NCBI RefSeq assembly: GCF_001652585.1
Contig: NZ_LWLG01000004.1
Span: forward strand, 83,464 to 115,463
Source of the DNA: Thermosulfurimonas dismutans
GTDB lineage: Bacteria > Desulfobacterota > Thermodesulfobacteria > Thermodesulfobacteriales > Thermodesulfobacteriaceae
Direction of reading: 5' to 3'
DNA length: 32,000 bases
In this document: positions 7,202 to 12,518 of the stretch, piece after piece
Layout: each line of letters opens with the position of its first letter
Position numbering within the stretch: the stretch's first letter is position 1
Position numbers and translations under genes: made by a program
Notes under the pieces: model-generated
The model's database searches: none
What the model saw: the letters and a program-made list of their open reading frames with translations, nothing else
What the model was told of the DNA's origin: nothing

Positions 7202-7545
7202 CCTCCGCCTTCCATCCCCCACCCACCCGCCCTTCCTGCGGCCCTTGCGGGCCGGGGGCCTCGCCCCGCCTAAGCCGGGGGGCGGGCCTCGGCCCCACCG
7301 GGCGATCCGGCCCGTCCGGGTGGGCTCGCCCGCACCTGGGGTCCGGCCCGAAAAAGAAATCTAACCCACCGAAAATGCGCCTCTAAACGGCCCATATTTG
7401 GCCTCTAAGAGGATTTTTTTGGCCAATAGTATCGAACATATCGGGGCGAGAAAATCGATTCTGGGGCGAATCTGAGCGGATTTTTCACCGGGCTTGTCCT
7501 GGGACCACCTAACGGCTAGGGCCACCTAACCGGGTCATGATTTGA

Positions 7546-8640
7546 GTTGAGTTTCTGGCTCGCCACAGCCTCCCCCGCCACCGGCGCCCCCCTCCCCCGA
7601 AGTGCTCGGCCCCCTCCCCCCGCCGCGCCGTCGGCCTCGCCCCCGCTCCAGGGGGAGGGGGCCTGCGCTGTCTTTGAGGCTCGGTGCCTCCGGTGCCGTG
7701 GGAAAGGCTGGAAGCGTCCTGCGGTGGGAAAAGCCCGTGGAATAGAAACCTTCCAGCCTTTCCCCCTCTTTCAGTTGTAGCCCTCCGGCCCCTTATGCGG
7801 CGCAAGGCCTCCGGCCCCTGACGGGGCCTCCGCAAGCTCGCTCCGGGGCTTTGCCCCTCCGCTCGGCCTTGCCCCGCGGGGCCTCCGGGCTGTTCCAAAA
7901 GTGCGGGGTTCGGCTGGGGAAAAAGGCTTTTGGGTTTTTTTGGCCTGGGGGCCTTGGGGCTCTGTGCCTCCGGGGCCTGTGGGTCCGGCCCTTCCGCCTG
8001 CGGTGGGGCCGGCCCGTTAAAAAAACTTTTGGGGGTGTGGCTATGGGCGGCGTTTCTCCCTTGGCTTGCCTTCCGGTTTTTTCGGCGGTTTCGGTCTCGG
8101 CGGTGGCCTTCGGGGGCGGGGCGGTGCTCCGGCGCTCGTCCCGGTCGCTCTCCGGGTTCGTGGCCTGGTGCTGGTTCCCGTCCTGGGGGCTTGCCCGGCG
8201 GTGGGCCTCCTTCTGGGCCGGGCGGCTTCCGGCCGCGTGCCGGGGCGTGGTGGTGCGCCGGGCGCCGTTTCCGGCCTCGGGGTGGGTGGTTTCCGTGCCG
8301 GTGCTCCCTCGGGTGGGGGCGTGCCGTGGTTAGGTTGCCGGGGTGGGCTTCGGCGGCCGGGGGCCGGGTGCTCCGGGTTCTCGGCCCCGCGGTGACGGTC
8401 TGGTTCCCCTCCGGGTTTCTGGCCCAGGCCTTCGCCCTCTCCTGCGGGCTCTCCCCGGCTCGGGCCTTCCGGGCGCCCTCCGGGGGCTTTGCCGTGGTGG
8501 TGCCGGCCTCGGCCCTCTCCTCCGTCCGGCCCCGGTGCGCCTTCTGCGCCCGCCTAGGCCGCTGTGCCGTGGCCTCCCCCGGCCCGGGGTGCGGCTTCCG
8601 CCCCTTCCGGCGCCCGCCCCGCCAGGGCTCCCTCTTCAAA
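7546..8640. other. GC-rich tract with the + strand almost devoid of A. Probably non-coding.
   Basis: Hand count: between 8043 and 8623 the only A residues are at 8043, 8332, 8395, 8426 and 8556. Positions 8044-8331 form a 288-nt run with no A. All track ORFs here overlap in several frames on both strands. Confidence 0.8.
7700..7764. repeat. Perfect 15-bp inverted repeat GGGAAAGGCTGGAAG / CTTCCAGCCTTTCCC with a 35-nt loop
   Basis: Arms at 7700-7714 and 7750-7764, read directly and exactly complementary. Confidence 0.75.
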
Positions 8641-8648
8641 TTGGGGGC

Positions 8649-8677
8649 TTGACATTCGGACAAATGTCCGATAAAAT
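8649..8677 (+). promoter_or_regulatory. Sigma70-type promoter P2: TTGACA (8649-8654), 17-nt spacer, TAAAAT (8672-8677), with an operator in the spacer
   Basis: Read directly. It is followed by a GGGGGTGG Shine-Dalgarno (8693-8700) and ATG 8705. Confidence 0.55.
8656..8671. promoter_or_regulatory. Operator O3, TCGGAC-AAAT-GTCCGA
   Basis: Perfect arms identical to O1, inside the P2 spacer. Confidence 0.6.
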
Positions 8678-8704
8678 GAAGCCAATAAGAGAGGGGGTGG
8701 GACG

Positions 8705-8917
8705 ATGAGAAAAGAAACAAAAAGACTTTTAAAACAGGCTTACAAGGCGGCTATAAGAGCAAGCGAAGAAATGGGAGAGAACTTTTTGAATCCGTGGTTT
8801 TTCTTGGGATACATGGAGTTCAGCGGCTTGAAGGATCTGTCCGGAGACGAGGTTTTTCGCATAATGCGCTGGCTTTGGACCTGGGACAAGAACAGAAACT
8901 CAAAATTTTTTGCCTAG
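8705..8917 (+). CDS. Hypothetical protein (70 aa), first gene of the P2 operon
   Basis: Good promoter and Shine-Dalgarno context. Trp/Phe-rich, noticeably lower GC than its surroundings, no known motif. Confidence 0.55.
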   Translation: MRKETKRLLKQAYKAAIRASEEMGENFLNPWFFLGYMEFSGLKDLSGDEVFRIMRWLWTWDKNRNSKFFA

Positions 8918-8920
8918 TGT

Positions 8921-8936
8921 TCGGACAAAAGTCCGA
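8921..8936. promoter_or_regulatory. Operator-like palindrome O4, TCGGAC-AAAA-GTCCGA
   Basis: Perfect arms. It lies between the stop at 8917 and the AAGGAGG Shine-Dalgarno of the next small gene. Confidence 0.5.
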
Positions 8937-8950
8937 AAAAGGAGGAAAGA

Positions 8951-9124
8951 ATGTTTGGAAAAGACGAGAGCTTCGAGGCCTTTCTGAGGAACGAGTACTG
9001 GGCCTTTGGGGGCTACGAGCGCCCCGGCGAGTGGGAGGAGGAGGAGGAGGAGTCCTCGGCGTTTTGGGCGGACGACGATCCCTTCGACCGCTACGCCGAG
9101 AGCCTCGATCTCCTGGCCCCGTGA
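8951..9124 (+). CDS. Small acidic protein (57 aa), below the ORF-track size cutoff
   Basis: Hand translation: MFGKDESFEAFLRNEYWAFGGYERPGEWEEEEEESSAFWADDDPFDRYAESLDLLAP, then a stop. Strong Shine-Dalgarno (AAAGGAGGAAAGA-ATG). The overlapping 194-aa track ORF in another frame looks spurious. Confidence 0.5.
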   Translation: MFGKDESFEAFLRNEYWAFGGYERPGEWEEEEEESSAFWADDDPFDRYAESLDLLAP

Positions 9125-9155
9125 AAAAAACAGCCCGGCCCCTCGGCGGGCCGGG
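9124..9155 (-). terminator. Intrinsic-terminator-like hairpin for - strand transcription: 8-bp GC stem CCCGGCCC/GGGCCGGG, followed on the - strand by T7
   Basis: Stem at 9134-9141 and 9148-9155, loop ctcggc. The A7 run at 9124-9130 reads as U7 after the hairpin on the - strand. There is no U-run on the + strand side. Confidence 0.35.
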
Positions 9156-9169
9156 GAAAGGAGGGAGAG

Positions 9170-9601
9170 ATGAAGCAAGCCAAGCAATCTTTGAGGGTGA
9201 AGCAGACGGACGAGTTCGTGAACCCGGTGACCGGCGAGGTGATCTCGCCTTCGGGCCTGGAGCAGATGCTCCTCAACATGCTCTACGGCCTCTCGAACGT
9301 CCAGAAGTTCTACCTGGTGAACGAGCTCTTGAAGGGGCTCAAGCGCGGGCGGGATCTCCTGCGCAAGAAGCTCCTTGAGGAGCTCGACAACCGGCCAAGG
9401 CAGGAGGGGGAGCTTGTGGCCTACGTGCGGGAGCGGGAGCAGAGGCGGTTTGACGCCAAGGCTTTCGAGCGCGAGCATCCTGAGCTTTACCGAGCCTACC
9501 TTCGGCCGGTGCGCCAAAAAGTCGTAGTGGTGGAGAAGCCGGACCTGGTCTTTGAGATCTCTCGGCCGGAGCTTTCCGCCGCCGAGGACATGCCGCTTTA
9601 G
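9170..9601 (+). CDS. Hypothetical phage-type early protein (143 aa, coiled-coil)
   Basis: Shine-Dalgarno GGAGGGAGAG-ATG. No diagnostic motif. Confidence 0.6.
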   Translation: MKQAKQSLRVKQTDEFVNPVTGEVISPSGLEQMLLNMLYGLSNVQKFYLVNELLKGLKRGRDLLRKKLLEELDNRPRQEGELVAYVREREQRRFDAKAFEREHPELYRAYLRPVRQKVVVVEKPDLVFEISRPELSAAEDMPL

Positions 9602-9611
9602 GAGGTGGAGC

Positions 9612-10124
9612 ATGAAGAGGCTCGGCGAACTCAAGCCCATCAAGGACTTTCGGGAGGAGGAGAGGCAGGCAAGGCTTCCCCAGGGATTCAAGCCCCAGGA
9701 GCAGATCGCCTTGGGCCAGGCCGCGGCCGACGCCCTCATGGACGTGGTGCGCCGGCAGGGGCTCTCCAAGAAGATAGAGGGAAAGGAGTACCTCTTTTAC
9801 GAGGCCTGGCTCACCCTAGGACGGTTTTTCAAATTAACGCCCAAGGTAGAGTGGTCAAAGCCCATTTGGCACGAGGGGCGGGTAATTGCTTGGGAGGCCC
9901 GGGCCGTGGTGGTGGATGAGGAGGGCCGGGAGGTGGCCGCGGCCGAGGCCATGTGCGGGAAGGACGAGAAGGGCTGGGCCAAGCGCCCGGCCTATGCCCT
10001 GCGCTCCATGGCCCAGACCCGGGCCTGCGCCAAGGCCCTGCGCTCCGTGCTTTCCTGGATCGTGGTCTTGGCGGGCTTTGCACCCACCCCTGCAGAGGAA
10101 ATCGAGAATGGAGCTGACGCCTGA
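9612..10124 (+). CDS. Hypothetical protein (170 aa), possibly a Rad52/Sak-like single-strand annealing protein
   Basis: Strong Shine-Dalgarno (TAGGAGGTGGAGC-ATG). The C-terminal SMAQTRACAKALRSVL resembles the A-x-T-x-A-x-K/R-A-L-R helix of phage annealing proteins. The function call is weak. Confidence 0.55.
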   Translation: MKRLGELKPIKDFREEERQARLPQGFKPQEQIALGQAAADALMDVVRRQGLSKKIEGKEYLFYEAWLTLGRFFKLTPKVEWSKPIWHEGRVIAWEARAVVVDEEGREVAAAEAMCGKDEKGWAKRPAYALRSMAQTRACAKALRSVLSWIVVLAGFAPTPAEEIENGADA

Positions 10125-10380
10125 GACCCTCCGAGCGCTGATCCAGGAGGCCGTGCGGGAGGCCCTGGCTGAGGCCGGGGCCTCCCAGAGGTGGCTCACC
10201 CTGCGCGAGGCTTGCAGGTACGCCCGGGTCTCAAAAAACACCCTCCGGAGGCTCATTGACGAGGGCTACATCACCGCCAAGCGGCTCGACGGAAAGTGGA
10301 TAGTTGACCGGCTCTCCATCGACGCCTTCTACGGCTCTGAGGCGGGCTTTATTGCCAGGGTGGTGGAAAGGATGCTATGA
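10108..10380 (+). CDS. xis: Excisionase-family (MerR-like HTH_17) DNA-binding protein
   Basis: WLTLREACRYARVSKNTLRRLIDEGYITAKRLDGKWIVDRLSIDAF. It lies immediately upstream of the integrase and overlaps it (ATGA). Confidence 0.75.
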   Translation: MELTPETLRALIQEAVREALAEAGASQRWLTLREACRYARVSKNTLRRLIDEGYITAKRLDGKWIVDRLSIDAFYGSEAGFIARVVERML

Positions 10381-11426
10381 AGATCTTGATGCACCTCTGG
10401 CGGCGGGAAAACGGCATCTACTACATCGTTTGGCGGGACCGGGACGGGCGCCAGCGGATGCGCTCCACCCGCACCCGGGACAAGGCTCTCGCCCGCCGCA
10501 TCTTCAACCAGTTCAAGCGCCAGTGGCTCGCCGGAAAGCTGGTGGAGCTCGACCGGGGGCCGAAGGTTCCCTTTGGGCGCTTTGTGGAGGAGTTCCTGCG
10601 CTGGGCCGAGAGCACGCTCAAGCCCGCCACGTCCGAGACCTACCGCCACGCCCTGAAGCACGCCCTGGAGGTCTTCGGGGCCTCGCGGACGCTTGACTCC
10701 ATCAGGAGCCGGGATCTCGACGCCCTTCTCGTCCACCTGCGCCAAAAGGGCCTCTCCCCGGTTTCAGTGAACAAAGTCTTCCGGCACTTGAAGGCCGCTT
10801 TTTCCAAAGCCGTTGAGTGGAGCTACCTGCGGGAGAACCCGGTCAAGAGGGGGAACCCCCTGCGGGTCCAGAGGGAGCTCCCGCGTTTTCTCTCCCAGGG
10901 GGAGATCCTGCGGCTCCTCCGGGCCATCGAGGACCCGCACTTCCGAGCCTTCGTGAGGTTCGCCCTCTTTTCGGGCCTGAGAAGGAGCGAGCTCCTCGCC
11001 CTCACTTGGGAGCACCTGGACCTCAAACGGGGCTTCGTTCGGGTTCCGCTGGGGAAGGGCACGGAGGAGCGGTTTCTGCCCATTTCAAGCCGCCTGCGGG
11101 AGGTGATCGAGGACCTGAGAGCCTTGGGGGTCAAGGGCAGGCTCTTTCCTTGGAGCAGGAGCTATGTGAGCCACCGGTTCCAGAGGTATGCTCGGAAAGC
11201 CGGGCTTTCCGGGGTTCGGCTCCACGACCTGCGGCACACCTTCGCCAGCCACCTGGTCATGGCCGGAGTGGACATCCGCACGGTGCAGAAGCTAATGGGC
11301 CACGCGGACATCAAGGCCACCATGGTTTACGCCCAGCTGAGCCCGGACCACCTGCGGGAAGCCATGGAGCGGCTTAACCTCGGGCAGGAGCCGCACTTGC
11401 GGGTGATAGAAGGCGGTCGGAAGTAA
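10377..11426 (+). CDS. int: Tyrosine recombinase / phage integrase
   Basis: ALFSGLRRSELLAL (Arg I), HDLRHTFASHLVMAGVDIRTVQKLMGHADIKATMVYAQL (H-x-x-R ... H ... Y catalytic set). Confidence 0.95.
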   Translation: MKILMHLWRRENGIYYIVWRDRDGRQRMRSTRTRDKALARRIFNQFKRQWLAGKLVELDRGPKVPFGRFVEEFLRWAESTLKPATSETYRHALKHALEVFGASRTLDSIRSRDLDALLVHLRQKGLSPVSVNKVFRHLKAAFSKAVEWSYLRENPVKRGNPLRVQRELPRFLSQGEILRLLRAIEDPHFRAFVRFALFSGLRRSELLALTWEHLDLKRGFVRVPLGKGTEERFLPISSRLREVIEDLRALGVKGRLFPWSRSYVSHRFQRYARKAGLSGVRLHDLRHTFASHLVMAGVDIRTVQKLMGHADIKATMVYAQLSPDHLREAMERLNLGQEPHLRVIEGGRK

Positions 11427-11487
11427 ATTTCGCTTGCAGTTTGCTTGCACCAGAATGAAAAGGCTTAATTTTCTAAAGGACTTGAGC

Positions 11488-11529
11488 GGATTAGGAATCC
11501 CGTGCTCTATCCGCCTGAGCTACGGGGGC
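11488..11529 (-). pseudogene. Truncated tRNA-Arg(CCT): 5' half only (acceptor 5' strand, D-arm, anticodon stem 5' strand, loop, and 3 nt of the 3' stem strand)
   Basis: The - strand reads GCCCCCG-TA-GCTC-AGGCGGATA-GAGC-A-CGGGA-TTCCTAA-TCC. The tRNA-like sequence then stops: the next bases are GC where CG is expected, and there is no T-arm or acceptor 3' strand downstream. Confidence 0.6.
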
Positions 11530-11681
11530 AGGGCTTTAAATACTCTAATTTTTCAAAGAATTTATCACGGCTCATTTATTAGGGCAAGGGCGATTAAAAT
11601 CGTACCAAAAGCCTATGCTAACTTGCGAAAGACCTTTAAGCATGTTAATTTTCGCAAATAGCAAAAAATTCTGCTGCTCAA

Positions 11682-11757
11682 GCCGGTGTAGCTCAGCAGG
11701 TAGAGCAGTGGATTCGTAATCCACAGGTCGGGGGTTCGAGTCCCCCCGCCGGCTCCA
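11682..11757 (+). tRNA. tRNA-Thr (anticodon CGT), CCA encoded
   Basis: GCCGGTG-TA-GCTC-AGCAGGTA-GAGC-A-GTGGA-TTCGTAA-TCCAC-AGGTC-GGGGG-TTCGAGT-CCCCC-CGCCGGC-T-CCA folds as a complete cloverleaf. Confidence 0.95.
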
Positions 11758-11777
11758 TTGAGGGGCTTATTCTTTCA

Positions 11778-12503
11778 ATGTTTATCAGGCTTTTCGTCCT
11801 ATTCCTTTTCATTTCCGGAGTTACGGGTTGTGGAAAGAAAGGCCCTCCTCTGCCCCCAGAAGCGGTTAGACCTGAACCTCCAAAGGATTTCCGAATTCGG
11901 CTCGAACCCTTCTTTGCCGAACTTTCTTTTAAAATTCCAGTCGAAAACATCCGAGGTCAGGCCCTCTCCCGGATCAAGGCCTTTCGGATCGAAAAACGGC
12001 GCTACCCTGCCGAAAATCCGCGCCTTACCATGGTTCAGACCCTCAAAATCCCCTTTCGGGGGAAACTGAGCGAAGAAGAAAGATTTTATTATCGCGACCG
12101 AAACCTGAGACCGGGTTTTTGCTACGAATACCGAGTCTCGGCGATAAAGGGTTTCCGGTCCGAAAGTGACTGGACTCCTCCCCAAAAATTTTGCTGGTTC
12201 ACGCCTCCCAAGACGCCTGAGGGTTTTGAGATCAAGACCCTGCCTCTTCACCAAGTCTTCCTCACCTGGAAACCGGTAACTCGGGATCTGAACGACTTCG
12301 CACTCCCGGGCAAACCCCTCTATCGAATATACCGACGCTCTTCTAGAGAAACTCGAGTCTTCCCACCAATCCCGGATAATGCCTTTTACGATCTTTCCGT
12401 CCAGGCAGGAGAAACCTATTGCTACTCCGTAGAGCCTCTTTTACCATATTACGGCACCCTGATTCCGGGCTTCAGAACCCCGGAGATTTGCGCAAGACCG
12501 TAA
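11778..12503 (+). CDS. Lipoprotein with an LptM/YifL-like N-terminus (CGKKGPPLPP) and beta-rich FN3-like repeats
   Basis: Signal peptide plus lipobox FISGVTG-C. The CGKKGP motif is typical of the small lipoprotein commonly found upstream of lysA. Confidence 0.7.
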   Translation: MFIRLFVLFLFISGVTGCGKKGPPLPPEAVRPEPPKDFRIRLEPFFAELSFKIPVENIRGQALSRIKAFRIEKRRYPAENPRLTMVQTLKIPFRGKLSEEERFYYRDRNLRPGFCYEYRVSAIKGFRSESDWTPPQKFCWFTPPKTPEGFEIKTLPLHQVFLTWKPVTRDLNDFALPGKPLYRIYRRSSRETRVFPPIPDNAFYDLSVQAGETYCYSVEPLLPYYGTLIPGFRTPEICARP

Positions 12504-12518
12504 AGGAGGCCGAAGCGC

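Noticed and set aside
7202-7365. A possible intrinsic terminator after the SNase gene (GGCCC-ttgc-GGGCC and neighbouring GC hairpins)
   Set aside because: Several short GC hairpins exist, but none is followed by a U-run. I cannot support a specific terminator call.
3009-7386. Many alternative-frame and antisense ORFs across the GC-rich element (e.g. 3400-3660 -, 3703-4068 -, 4284-4733 +, 4304-4699 +, 4665-5150 -, 5534-6115 -, 6142-6738 -, 6584-7222 -, 7035-7386 on both strands)
   Set aside because: Each overlaps a frame with clear domain signatures (O-like, RusA, ATPase, DUF457, SNase). None has a ribosome-binding site or motif. High GC suppresses stop codons.
7509-8720. 403-aa - strand ORF, plus overlapping + strand ORFs 7547-7780, 7851-8333, 7930-8652, 8066-8395 and 8343-8708
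   Set aside because: The open frames follow automatically from the near absence of A on the + strand (T on the - strand). Several frames are open at once. The translations are low-complexity P/G/R/A strings. The 403-aa ORF would start on top of promoter P2 and the 8705 gene. I treat the region as non-coding, with the residual possibility of a disordered basic protein noted in the findings.
8794-9769. 194-aa + strand ORF 8794-9378 and 289-aa - strand ORF 8900-9769
   Set aside because: They span two to three better-supported small genes that have strong Shine-Dalgarno sequences (8951, 9170, 9612). The translations are low complexity (GGGGGG, RRR runs).
9829-11377. ORFs 9829-10083 -, 9855-10256 -, 10304-10696 +, 10329-10745 -, 10817-11377 +, 10823-11134 -
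   Set aside because: These are shadow frames of the 170-aa gene, xis and the integrase.
11434-11661. 75-aa + strand ORF in the int/tRNA gap
   Set aside because: It runs antisense across the tRNA-Arg fragment, is AT-rich, and has no Shine-Dalgarno. It is more likely att-flank non-coding DNA.
11693-12254. - strand ORFs 11693-11950 and 11799-12254, and + strand ORF 11758-12069
   Set aside because: They overlap the tRNA-Thr gene or the lipoprotein gene, whose frame has a clear signal peptide and lipobox.
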